64,000 nt of DNA from Nitrosopumilus sp. (GTDB lineage: Archaea; Thermoproteota; Nitrososphaeria; Nitrososphaerales; Nitrosopumilaceae), in assembly GCA_965218695.1 (NCBI GenBank), contig OZ244651.1:1408001-1472000 (forward strand), written 5' to 3'. How positions within the stretch are numbered: position 1 is the first letter of the stretch; every line of letters begins with the position of its first letter. Below the pieces are notes generated by a model that was given only the letters and a program-made list of their open reading frames with translations, was not told the origin of the DNA and made no database searches. Below, piece after piece: positions 10,156-19,247 of this stretch. Both the position numbers and the translations under genes were made by a program.

Positions 10156-11076
10156 TTGGATTTTGAAGAGCTGCAGCACTTTATCGGGCACAAGATGAGG
10201 ATGACCCACGTCTACCAGCCGCTGCTGATCAAGACCCTGCTGCTCTCCGGAGGCAGCGCGGCCGCCGAGAATGTTGCCAGGGGTTTTTTGAACGAGGACA
10301 AGGCGCAGCTGGAATACTATGTCCAGATAGCAAAGCGCTGGCCCCTGCAGACCCTGAGAAAACACAAGGTGGTAGACTATGACCGCGGCGTCTTTACGCT
10401 GCTGCTGGATGACATCACAAAGGAACAGGGGGAGAGGCTCGTGGAGCTCTGCGATCTGAGATACCAAGAGTACGTTGACAAGACGCTCAGGCTGCCGTGG
10501 TTTGACAGGCGCGGCTCCAGGGAGCACATCCCGGGCCAGATCAGGTTTGCCGTGCTAGCCAAGTCAAAGGGCGTCTGCGTGGCGTGCGGCGTCTCTTCCC
10601 TGGATAGGGCCCTTGAGATCGACCACATAGTGCCCGTGAGCATGGGAGGCGCAAACGAGCTTTCAAACCTCCAGGCGCTCTGCTACAAGTGCAACGCGCA
10701 AAAAAAGAACAGGGACGACACGGACTTTGTCATGGTCTTGAACCGGCTCAAGTACAGGAATCCCAAATGCCCGTTCTGCACGTCAAAGGATCCCGTGTTT
10801 GACAACCGCATGGCCTTTGCCCTGCGGGATGCAAAACCTGCCACCCACCTGCACTCGCTGGTCCTGCCGAGGCGACACACGGGCAACTTTTTTGATCTCA
10901 TACCTGCAGAAAAGTCGCTCTGCCTCGCCCTGATAGATTCGGTCAAGTCAGACATACAGGAGAAGGACGGTACCGTGACAGGGTTCACGGTGAGGTTCGA
11001 GACGGGCCAGATGGCAGGCAGCATGGCAGAGCACTGCCAGATTCACGTGATTCCAAACCGGCACGAGAAGGCGTGA
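10156..11076 (+). CDS. HNH endonuclease-HIT domain fusion protein
   Basis: CVACG, LEIDHIVP-GG-NELSNLQALCYKCN (HNH); CPFC, HSLVLPRRH, HCQIHVIP (HIT); TTG 10156 chosen. Confidence 0.88.
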   Translation: MDFEELQHFIGHKMRMTHVYQPLLIKTLLLSGGSAAAENVARGFLNEDKAQLEYYVQIAKRWPLQTLRKHKVVDYDRGVFTLLLDDITKEQGERLVELCDLRYQEYVDKTLRLPWFDRRGSREHIPGQIRFAVLAKSKGVCVACGVSSLDRALEIDHIVPVSMGGANELSNLQALCYKCNAQKKNRDDTDFVMVLNRLKYRNPKCPFCTSKDPVFDNRMAFALRDAKPATHLHSLVLPRRHTGNFFDLIPAEKSLCLALIDSVKSDIQEKDGTVTGFTVRFETGQMAGSMAEHCQIHVIPNRHEKA

Positions 11077-11149
11077 ACGGTCACACCACGGATGAGGCGG
11101 TGGCGATCCGGGTTCCATAGTTAATATTTGTGTCATTCCCACCATACCC

Positions 11150-12148
11150 ATGGCAAAGACGTGGAAGGACGAGGAGATCAGCCTCGAGAAGATCAAGGAT
11201 CAGACCGTTGCCGTGATTGGCTACGGGATCCAGGGAGACGCGCAGGCCAACAACATGAAGGACTCCGGCCTGAAGGTAATCGTGGGCCTCAAGGAGGGCG
11301 GCAACAGCTGGGGCAAGGCAAAGACAGACGGCCACAACGTAATGCCGGTCGCAGACGCAGTCAAGCAGGCAGACATCATCCACATACTGGTACCAGACAT
11401 GATCCAGGGCGAGATGTACAAAAGCGAGATAGCCCCCAACCTTTCGGAGGGCAACGCGCTGTCATTTTCCCATGCAGCTGCCATCTACTGGAAGTGGGTT
11501 GAGGCTCCAAGCAACGTGGATCTTATCATGGTCGCCCCCAAGGGACCAGGCTCCAAGGTACGGGAGACGTACCTTGACGGCTTTGGGACGCCGTCCATAG
11601 TAGCAGTCGAGCAGGACTTTACCGGAATGGCATGGGACAGGACGCTTGGAATTGCAAAGGCCATAGGAAGCGCAAGGGCCGGCCTCATCAGGACCACCTT
11701 CAAGGAGGAGGTGGAGACTGACTGGTTTGGCGAACAGGCCGACCTGTGCGGCGGTGCGGCATCCATGGTGACAAACGCCTTTGAGACGCTAGTCGAGGCA
11801 GGCTACCAGCCGGAAATCGCATACTTTGAGGTGCTGCACGAGCTGAAGCTCATAGTGGACATGATTCAAAGGTATGGCATCAACGGCATGTGGAATCGCG
11901 TCAGCGAGACTGCAAGGTATGGTGGCCTGACGCGCGGGCCGATGGTGATGGACGAGGCAAGCAAGGAGAGGATGAGAGACGTTCTGGCCATGATTCAGGA
12001 CGGAACCTTCAACGCCGAGTGGACATCCGAGTATCAAAAGAGCGGCAAGGACGCATTTGCCAAGTACATGAAGCAGTACGACAACCACCAGATAGAAAAG
12101 GTCGGCAAGCAGATGCGCAAGATGATGTGGCCAGACTCCACCGAATAA
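11150..12148 (+). CDS. ilvC: ketol-acid reductoisomerase
   Basis: VIGYGIQG, MVAPKGPG, ETDWFGEQADLCGG, AYFEVLHE, SETARYG. Confidence 0.96.
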   Translation: MAKTWKDEEISLEKIKDQTVAVIGYGIQGDAQANNMKDSGLKVIVGLKEGGNSWGKAKTDGHNVMPVADAVKQADIIHILVPDMIQGEMYKSEIAPNLSEGNALSFSHAAAIYWKWVEAPSNVDLIMVAPKGPGSKVRETYLDGFGTPSIVAVEQDFTGMAWDRTLGIAKAIGSARAGLIRTTFKEEVETDWFGEQADLCGGAASMVTNAFETLVEAGYQPEIAYFEVLHELKLIVDMIQRYGINGMWNRVSETARYGGLTRGPMVMDEASKERMRDVLAMIQDGTFNAEWTSEYQKSGKDAFAKYMKQYDNHQIEKVGKQMRKMMWPDSTE

Positions 12149-12156
12149 GAAGAGGA

Positions 12157-12579
12157 CTAAATTCTTCCCAGATCAGAGACGCCCGTGTTGATGTGATCTA
12201 TTATTGCCGGCAACGGCGTTCCGGGGCCAAACACGTGATCCACCCCCGACTTCATCAGCGCCTTGTGATCCACGTCGGGAATCACGCCGCCCCCTACTAC
12301 CAGCACGTTCTCAACGTCCCTCTTCTTCAGCTCCCTTATCACCCTTGGAAACAGCGTCCCGTGTGCGCCGTTGAGCAGGCTCATCGCAATCGCATCCACG
12401 TCCTCGTCCTGGGCAATCTGCGCCACCCTCTCGGGAGTTGCAAACAGGCCAGAATAGATTACCTCCATGCCGGCATCCCGAAAGGCCCTGCAGAGTACAA
12501 GCGCACCCCGGTCGTGGCCGTCAAGGCCAAGCTTGGCAACCAGGATCTTGATGCTTCTGGATGCGGCCTTCTGCTTCAT
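12157..12579 (-). CDS. methylmalonyl-CoA mutase, small (cobalamin-binding) subunit
   Basis: AKLGLDGHDRG (DxHxxG), SLLNGAH, VGGGVIP. Confidence 0.93.
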   Translation of the reverse strand: MKQKAASRSIKILVAKLGLDGHDRGALVLCRAFRDAGMEVIYSGLFATPERVAQIAQDEDVDAIAMSLLNGAHGTLFPRVIRELKKRDVENVLVVGGGVIPDVDHKALMKSGVDHVFGPGTPLPAIIDHINTGVSDLGRI

Positions 12580-12766
12580 ACCGGTAACTGGACTATGGAT
12601 CTTTTAAAATCCTTCTGCAGGATCCGGATACGTAGAGCAGGAGATTCCGCATGCGGGCAGATGAAACGGTGTCCCCCGCAATGGCATTAATCCGTGTCAT
12701 CTGGAAGGAATCCCCCAAACCGCGATTACGGCAGATTTGGTACCACCACCCGCAGGCCCTCTCCCT

Positions 12767-12800
<34 letters not shown>

Positions 12801-12923
12801 CATGTCAGATCTCAATTATTCGGCTGCACGACCTGCACTTGACTACAACCCCGTCGCCTGGAAGCCGGACAAACCTCTTCGAGCCGCATCCGGGGCAGAT
12901 TGGGCATGCACGGACCGGCTTCA

Positions 12924-13454
12924 TCAGTGTTTTGTGGGGACGGTGTCTGATTTAGATATTACCTCGAGCCTTTCTTTGGCGTTGATTCCCGTAAGAAAAG
13001 CATACACCGCATCCGGCACAAGGCTCTTCCAGTCCCCGCCGGATGCTATCAGCGAGCGAATCCGCGTGGCGTTGTACCTCGAGGTGTCTAGAAACTCCGG
13101 CAATATCACCTCCACCCCGGAGTCTGACAGCAGCATGGAGACGTAGTCGTTTCCGCTGTACACGCGATCAAAGCGGGGCAGTGCGGACATTAGGTAGGAG
13201 TGCCAGGTGGCAACATTGAACTGGTTTTCGATTGAGAGGACAAGAAACCTAGACCGGTCAAGGCCGGAGGCCTTGAGGGATTCGTGGATCATCTCGATGC
13301 GCTCTCCTGCCGTGAACGGATCCTTCTCCAGGTAGTTGAACTGGGCGCTTGTGACTGCTATTATCGCCTCGTCACAGTCCCCAAGGATGCGTTCTGCCAG
13401 ATGCAGGTGGCCAAGATGAAACGGCTGGAACCTGCCCATCATTAATCCGCGCAC
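12924..13454 (-). CDS. nadM: nicotinamide-nucleotide adenylyltransferase
   Basis: GRFQPFHLGH, PFTAGERIEMI, VYSGN, ATRIR, W-x2-LVP. Confidence 0.92.
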   Translation of the reverse strand: MRGLMMGRFQPFHLGHLHLAERILGDCDEAIIAVTSAQFNYLEKDPFTAGERIEMIHESLKASGLDRSRFLVLSIENQFNVATWHSYLMSALPRFDRVYSGNDYVSMLLSDSGVEVILPEFLDTSRYNATRIRSLIASGGDWKSLVPDAVYAFLTGINAKERLEVISKSDTVPTKH

Positions 13455-13483
13455 ATCAGGGAGTGGTTTTTGATTTAATTAAG

Positions 13484-14401
13484 TTAGACTATGGTGCCGC
13501 TTCCAAGGATGCGGACGGTGGGGGACTCGGGTTTCAGGATTACTGCGGTGTCGCCCGTCCGGCAGACCAGCGGTTTTTCAAACTCCAGTATCACGGGATC
13601 AACAGATGAGAACCGCGCAGCCTTTACCTGCAGGCCCGCGCTCACAAGGCATCCCTGGTTCTGCGTGATTTCGCCCTTGTAGAACCGGTTGGGCGTAAAG
13701 TCAAGCGTGATTGCCGTTCGGGTCTCGGCTGCCCCCTCTGCGCACAGCACGTCCCCGCGTCCAATCTCGTCGGGCCGCGCCCCCTTTACTGCAAGTCCCA
13801 CCCGTGCAGGGGAGACGGATTCTGGGGTGGGATCATCGTGCATCTGAATCGACTTTACCAGGACGTCATGCCCTCCGGGATAGTGCCGGAGCGTGTCATA
13901 CTGTTTGATCCTGCCGGAGGTCACCTTTCCCAGCACCACTGTGCCCACCCCCCGGACATCAAAGCAGTGATCAACTGTAACTACGGGTGGGCCGTCACAC
14001 GATACGGGGCCCAGTTTGATCATGGCGTCTTTCATCTGGTCCTGTTCAACCCGGGTATACCCTTCCACGACTGTTCCCTTGATCATCGCATCGAGCCTTG
14101 AGGCGTCCACATCAAACGTGTGCGACAGGATTCCCCTTGTCTTTTTGAGCAGGTCAAGGGCGATTATCTGCTCTCCGGTAAACCTGCCCAGCGCATCCAC
14201 GTGAAATATGACATACTCTGCCAGGTTGATTGCCTGGAGCAGGGGCTGTATCTTGTCAGGGAATCCACTCGGGGTAACCCACGTCCTGATGGTGCCGGAC
14301 TCTTTTCGGTCGTACATGGAGAGATCCGTGACTGTCCCCCTCTTTCCAAACTCGGATGCAGTGTCCTGTCTGCCCAGTACCACAAAGTTTACAGACTCCA
14401 C
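13484..14401 (-). CDS. SelB-like / EF-Tu domain-2 protein with degenerate G domain
   Basis: GKRGTVTD, VDHCFDVRGVGTVVLG, VKSIQMHD, RVGLAVKG; GTG 14401 chosen. Confidence 0.8.
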   Translation of the reverse strand: MESVNFVVLGRQDTASEFGKRGTVTDLSMYDRKESGTIRTWVTPSGFPDKIQPLLQAINLAEYVIFHVDALGRFTGEQIIALDLLKKTRGILSHTFDVDASRLDAMIKGTVVEGYTRVEQDQMKDAMIKLGPVSCDGPPVVTVDHCFDVRGVGTVVLGKVTSGRIKQYDTLRHYPGGHDVLVKSIQMHDDPTPESVSPARVGLAVKGARPDEIGRGDVLCAEGAAETRTAITLDFTPNRFYKGEITQNQGCLVSAGLQVKAARFSSVDPVILEFEKPLVCRTGDTAVILKPESPTVRILGSGTIV

Positions 14402-14447
14402 AGGGGACGTGCCGGTGCACAACCTTATGAAGTTTTGAATCATGCGC

Positions 14448-15682
14448 GGCGTTGTCCACCTTTTGATAATCCTGCTCTATTTCACACTATTTTTGGTTCA
14501 TTTTGGCATCCCAAACCTGGACTCTGAAGGGGTTTCTGGTGTCGGCAGGCTTGCGGTTGGTCGTTTTTGAGCCGTTTTCATCTAGTGGTGCATGGCATCC
14601 GCTGGAACCGGAAACCGGCATTCTGCCCCTACCGGGACCCCTATGCTATCAGGTTGTAGCAGATGCTTCGCAGGATTATCTGGAGTCTCTGCATGGGAAA
14701 CGTCTTTGCGGCCACGACGGAACCGAACCTCTCCTTCATGGATGAGAACACGGACTCGACAAGACTGCGCTGGTGGTACACCTTCTCGAACCCTTCCCGA
14801 TCCCGCCTGAACCAGCGGAGCATCTCTGCCCTGGGATTGAAGCCCTTTGCGGTGTGGTTCTTGCGGGGCCAGATCACCGGTTTTCTGCCGCTGTCGTAGA
14901 TCATCTTGCAGTTTGCGTGCGCGTCATACGCCGAATCCAGCATGACGTGCCCGTCGCCGTCTGGCGTGCGGGCAAACATCTTCCGGAATATCGGCGAGTC
15001 GTGGGCAAGTCCGGGCGTCACCATGCATGCGGCGATCCTTCCGTGCGGGGCTACCAGTATGTGCAGCTTGACGAACTGACGCCTGGGTATGATGCCCTTC
15101 TTGGCATCCTCCCAGTCGGCGTAGATGTTGATGGAAAATCCGCTTGCGTCCCCAAGGAGCGGACCGTGAGCGTCACTCCCTGCCTGTCCCAGGATCACTT
15201 CCATCAGAATCTTCTGCTTTTCTGCCAGCCTCTTGGCTGCCGCATGCAGGCACGATTTGGACGGAACGGCTTTTAAGCCGCAGACGTGCAGTGAACCTGG
15301 GTTTGCCTCGAGGTACGAGACGTGTTCCCGGTACGAGTTGCCGCGAAACTCCTTGTCCATGAGGCAGATCAAGTAGGAGATCATGCGCCGGTCCTTGTCG
15401 GACTTGGGCTTGCAGATCTCGTACAGGATGGTGGTAAGGGCGAGGATTCCGATTGACACTCGTTTCCCCTCCCCACTCCTTCGCATCTCGTATTTTTTGC
15501 TGTAGCCTTTCGGGCGCACCCATTTCTTCTTGTCTTCCTTGTCTCTGTTCTTTGCTTTCCTCTTTTTTCTATTGGAATTCATTAATTGTGGGCAGGATCG
15601 GTGATCCAAAACTTTTCGGATGTCTGACGCTAATGATCTTTAAGCGTAACGCTGCTTTTTTGAGGAAGATGTGGACAACGCC
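14448..15682 (-). mobile_element. IS5-like insertion sequence type B, copy 1
   Basis: TIR GGCGTTGTCCAC / GTGGACAACGCC; flanking direct repeat ATCATGCG(C) at 14439 and 15684. Confidence 0.9.
14641..15609 (-). CDS. IS5-like DDE transposase
   Basis: GDASGFS, VKLHI, LDSAYD, YHQRSLVESVFSSMK. Confidence 0.9.
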   Translation of the reverse strand: MDHRSCPQLMNSNRKKRKAKNRDKEDKKKWVRPKGYSKKYEMRRSGEGKRVSIGILALTTILYEICKPKSDKDRRMISYLICLMDKEFRGNSYREHVSYLEANPGSLHVCGLKAVPSKSCLHAAAKRLAEKQKILMEVILGQAGSDAHGPLLGDASGFSINIYADWEDAKKGIIPRRQFVKLHILVAPHGRIAACMVTPGLAHDSPIFRKMFARTPDGDGHVMLDSAYDAHANCKMIYDSGRKPVIWPRKNHTAKGFNPRAEMLRWFRRDREGFEKVYHQRSLVESVFSSMKERFGSVVAAKTFPMQRLQIILRSICYNLIA

Positions 15683-15761
15683 GATCATGCGCTGCAGGCC
15701 AGAAGGGTCGCAGACATCCGGGTGCTGTTGCTGCTGCATGTGCAAAGGCTGCCCGGCTGGC

Positions 15762-15788
15762 CTACTACTACTACTACTACTACTACTA
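15762..15788 (-). repeat. (TAG)9 microsatellite forming the purN stop
   Basis: Nine CTA units on the + strand, in frame with purN. Confidence 0.95.
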
Positions 15789-16526
15789 CCAGTCCACCAA
15801 GTTGCGCAGCCGCGCCGACACCACATCGGCGCCATCACCAGGCACCGACACCACACACGGCGTGTCTGCAGGACTCCTCTCAGATACTGCAAATGTGCCG
15901 CCGCCGCCATTCCACAGATACGCTACTCTGCCGCACCCGACTGCGGATGCAGCCGCGTTGCCTGCATCATCAAACATCATGCTGTTGCTGTCTGGTTCTG
16001 GTGTGCCGAGATCACTCCGCGCCAGAAACAGCCTGACTGCCCGCACGTACGCCTCATGCTCCCGCAGAATGATGCGGTCTGAGAGGGTATCCTCGGTGTC
16101 CCCGGGCATGACAGGCACTGCGTCCTGCAGGATGATCCTCCCGGTGTCCACGCCTGCATCTGCCATGTGGACGGTGCAACCAGAATACTTTACGCTGCCC
16201 TCTACGGCCTGCCTCTGTGCATGCAGTCCCGGAAACAGCGGCAGCAGCGAGGGGTGTATGTTCATGACGCTGTACCTTTCAGTCACGCGCGAGGGAAGGA
16301 TCCTCATGAATCCTGCCATGCACACCAGATCCGGATCAAGGGAGTCCAGCACGGATACGATTCCGTCCATGGCAGACTCCACGACGCACTCGATCCCCAT
16401 GTCCTGCGCAGTCTTGATTCCTGCCGCACCAGGCACGTTGCAGACTACTGCCTGCACGTCTACATTCTTGGCCAGCGACTCCATGTTGGAGCCGCGCCCG
16501 GATATCAGAACTACAATCCCGGTCAA
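15786..16526 (-). CDS. purN: phosphoribosylglycinamide formyltransferase with C-terminal extension
   Basis: LISGRGSNM, AGFMRIL, NIHPSLLP, SGCTVH, VDTG; TTG 16526 chosen. Confidence 0.9.
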   Translation of the reverse strand: MTGIVVLISGRGSNMESLAKNVDVQAVVCNVPGAAGIKTAQDMGIECVVESAMDGIVSVLDSLDPDLVCMAGFMRILPSRVTERYSVMNIHPSLLPLFPGLHAQRQAVEGSVKYSGCTVHMADAGVDTGRIILQDAVPVMPGDTEDTLSDRIILREHEAYVRAVRLFLARSDLGTPEPDSNSMMFDDAGNAAASAVGCGRVAYLWNGGGGTFAVSERSPADTPCVVSVPGDGADVVSARLRNLVDW

Positions 16527-16790
16527 TTCAGACCGCCTGCCCTCCTCCTCCTCCTCCTGCCCGCACAACCCCCACAGGAACGTGTCCTGTTATGGTATGC
16601 CCCGATACGCTTGAAGCCGAGCCGGCATGGTGTGAAAGGCGAACTACTGCCAAGTGGAACAGGATCAGCCTCCCTTCCGAGTTCTGTTCCACGGCACATG
16701 CAGACTCCCATGAACCAGCATTGCATGTACGGCTAAAAGATTCTTTTTGTCCGGCGGGAGTAGTTCTGGTATTCTTGTATCGGCGCACCC

Positions 16791-17549
16791 TCATGGAAAC
16801 GCATCAAGTACGGCAGCATAGCTTACAAACCTGTGATTCTCCGGCCGGACACGTATCTGCCGGTACTTGGAGGAGACCGGCCTGCCTGCAACCCCGCAAA
16901 GACCAAGCGAGCCGTGTATGTATCCTGTGTCATTGGCATAATTGAGCACCTCATCTGTAGGCGCGTAATGGTTGACTATCTCTTCAGACACGGCGTCATC
17001 AAGAATCCTGCCGTACTTTTCAGACGACGGGACCCGGTCGGAGATCGAGGCGCCAAACAGGTGGACGCTGCGGACCGCAGGTCCTCCCATCCGGCCTGCA
17101 AGGTACTCTAGCGTGCTGAGGATCACCTGGGAGCCCAGCGAGTGGCCCATTAGCCGTATCGCAGTGTCTGGGCTTGCACACCTGAAATCCTCGATGAACC
17201 GGCCCAGGTGGCACCCGTTCATCACGGCGATCCTCTGGCCGACTTCCAGTGCGGACTTTTCATGCTTTGCCAGGTGGGCGCCGGTGGTGTTAGAATCGTA
17301 GCTGAACCCCACCACCGGAAAGTCATACCCGAGGTGGCGCAGGCGCTCCCGGGCAATGGCCGTCTTTTGGATAGCGCCGCGGCTGTCGTTTCTCAGCCCG
17401 TGAATCATTATAGTGACCTCTGCAGAGACTCCTCTCCTGAGATCCTCAAAGTACCGCCTGGGGTACAGGTAGTATGCATCGTCTTTGAGCCTTTGGCCCG
17501 TGGAAAGATCATAGTATCCCCGAGTGGAGATGCGCGGAATCCTCCTCAT
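16791..17549 (-). CDS. alpha/beta hydrolase (DUF726/DUF900-like)
   Basis: IHG oxyanion motif, GHSLG nucleophile elbow, C-terminal His. Confidence 0.78.
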   Translation of the reverse strand: MRRIPRISTRGYYDLSTGQRLKDDAYYLYPRRYFEDLRRGVSAEVTIMIHGLRNDSRGAIQKTAIARERLRHLGYDFPVVGFSYDSNTTGAHLAKHEKSALEVGQRIAVMNGCHLGRFIEDFRCASPDTAIRLMGHSLGSQVILSTLEYLAGRMGGPAVRSVHLFGASISDRVPSSEKYGRILDDAVSEEIVNHYAPTDEVLNYANDTGYIHGSLGLCGVAGRPVSSKYRQIRVRPENHRFVSYAAVLDAFP

Positions 17550-19201
17550 TGGTGTGAACCCAGATTCTTCTTGTACGCTGCAACCTCAGACTTCTCGACT
17601 TTTGTAAAGAGTGGCGAGATGGTGCCCAGCGCGTGTCCGGGCTTGACTCCCAGGGAGGACATGCCGTCCCACGCAGAATCTGCGACATTCCCGTCCATGC
17701 CAAGCTGGTCCCATATCCTCTGGGCACTCTCGGGAATAAACGGCATGACGGCAATTGCCAGGCTCCGCACCGCATTGACTGAGAGAAACACGCAGTTGTT
17801 GGCGCCGCTGCCCCTTTTCCAGGGCTCCTTGTGTTGGAAGTACTGGTTGAAGAACGAGGAGAACTCCATTATCCTCTTCAGGGCCCTGTCAAGATGGTTC
17901 TGTCTCATGAGTGTGCCCGCGTCGGCTGCAAGGGAGAGGATCTGCTCTTCTGCCTTGGCGTCCATCTCGTCAAAGGGCGTGGCCTCTGGAACCACTCCCT
18001 CAAAGGCCTTTTTGGTGAATCCAAGCGCCCGGTTGACAAGGTTTCCCAGGTTCCCGATAAGCTCCGAGTTGATTCGGACGGTAAAGTCGTCCCAGTCAAA
18101 GTTCAAGTCGTCCTGGGAGTACGGGTTGATGGAGACCAGGTAGAACCGCAGGTAGTCGGCAGGATAATACTTGAGGAATTCCCTCAGCCCGATGTACCAG
18201 TTTCTGCTCTTGGAGATCTTTCTCCCCTGAAGGGTCAGGTGGCCCCGGGTGGGTATGTAGTCGGGCAGCTTGTACTCGCTGTCAATCCCCAGCCTCATCG
18301 CGGGCAGGAACAGGTAGTGGTGGTATGCTATGTCCTTGCCGATAAAGTGGTAGATGTCTGCAGAGTTCCAGAACTCTTTTCCGTCAATCCCCCGGTCATT
18401 GAGAAACTTTACCGCAGTGGAGATGTACGCCAGGTGGTTGTCAAACCACCCGTAGAACACCTTGCCCTTTGCAGAATCAAGGGGGACCGGAACGCCCCAC
18501 GGGATGTCCCGAGTGATGTCCCAGTCGATGAGTCCGGACTTTATCCAGTTCTGGACGTACTTTTTGACGTCCTTTTGGAGGTGTTTATTGCCCTCGAGCC
18601 ACTCGGACAGCGAGTCTCCAAAGTTCCGGAGCCGGAAGAAGTAATGGGCGGTCTTTCTCTTTGTGGGGGGCTGGCTGCATATGGAGCACCTGGGATCGGC
18701 TATCTCGTCGGGCACGCGCCCGCAGCTCTCGCAGAGATCAGAGTACTGGTCACGTGCGCCACAGTACGGGCACGTTCCCTGGACGTACCTGTCAGGCAGG
18801 AACTTTTTGTCATGTTCGCAGTAGAACTGTATTATCTCCTGCTCGTAGATGTGTCCTGCATCGTTGAGCTTTTGAAACACGCCCTGGACGAACTCGATGT
18901 TCTCAGGCGAGCTGGTCCTGTAAAAGTAGTCAAAGTTTATGTTGAATGCGGCAAAGTCATCATAGTCGCGCCTGTTCCAGTGGGCCACATACTCTGCGGG
19001 GGTCTTTCCCTCCTTTTCTGACTGGATCAGTATAGGGGTTCCAAAGTCGTCAGAGGCGCAGATATAGTATGCGTCGACCCCGTTGAGCTTGAGAAACCGC
19101 GTCGTGACGTCTGCAGGAAGGTACGTGGATGCGACATGCCCCAGGTGTATCTCCCCGTTGGAGTAGGGCAGGGCGCTTGTGATGATTGCCTTTTCTGTCA
19201 A
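17546..19201 (-). CDS. metG: methionine--tRNA ligase
   Basis: ALPYSNGEIHLGH, Zn knuckle, WDITRD, FIGKDI, KISKS. Confidence 0.96.
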   Translation of the reverse strand: MTEKAIITSALPYSNGEIHLGHVASTYLPADVTTRFLKLNGVDAYYICASDDFGTPILIQSEKEGKTPAEYVAHWNRRDYDDFAAFNINFDYFYRTSSPENIEFVQGVFQKLNDAGHIYEQEIIQFYCEHDKKFLPDRYVQGTCPYCGARDQYSDLCESCGRVPDEIADPRCSICSQPPTKRKTAHYFFRLRNFGDSLSEWLEGNKHLQKDVKKYVQNWIKSGLIDWDITRDIPWGVPVPLDSAKGKVFYGWFDNHLAYISTAVKFLNDRGIDGKEFWNSADIYHFIGKDIAYHHYLFLPAMRLGIDSEYKLPDYIPTRGHLTLQGRKISKSRNWYIGLREFLKYYPADYLRFYLVSINPYSQDDLNFDWDDFTVRINSELIGNLGNLVNRALGFTKKAFEGVVPEATPFDEMDAKAEEQILSLAADAGTLMRQNHLDRALKRIMEFSSFFNQYFQHKEPWKRGSGANNCVFLSVNAVRSLAIAVMPFIPESAQRIWDQLGMDGNVADSAWDGMSSLGVKPGHALGTISPLFTKVEKSEVAAYKKNLGSHQ

Positions 19202-19247
19202 TGTGGGGGGTAATGCAGGCTAATCTTAATAGTGTACGGTTATCGGT

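Noticed and set aside
13484-14401. Selenocysteine or amber recoding, suggested by the SelB-like gene and in-frame stops at 44977 and 62615
   Set aside because: The protein lacks a full G domain, and the stops lie in otherwise decayed genes.
16654-16692. CGGAAGGGAG on the minus strand resembling SRP RNA helix 8
   Set aside because: The flanking CAGG/AGCA motif is absent and the region is too short for an archaeal SRP RNA.
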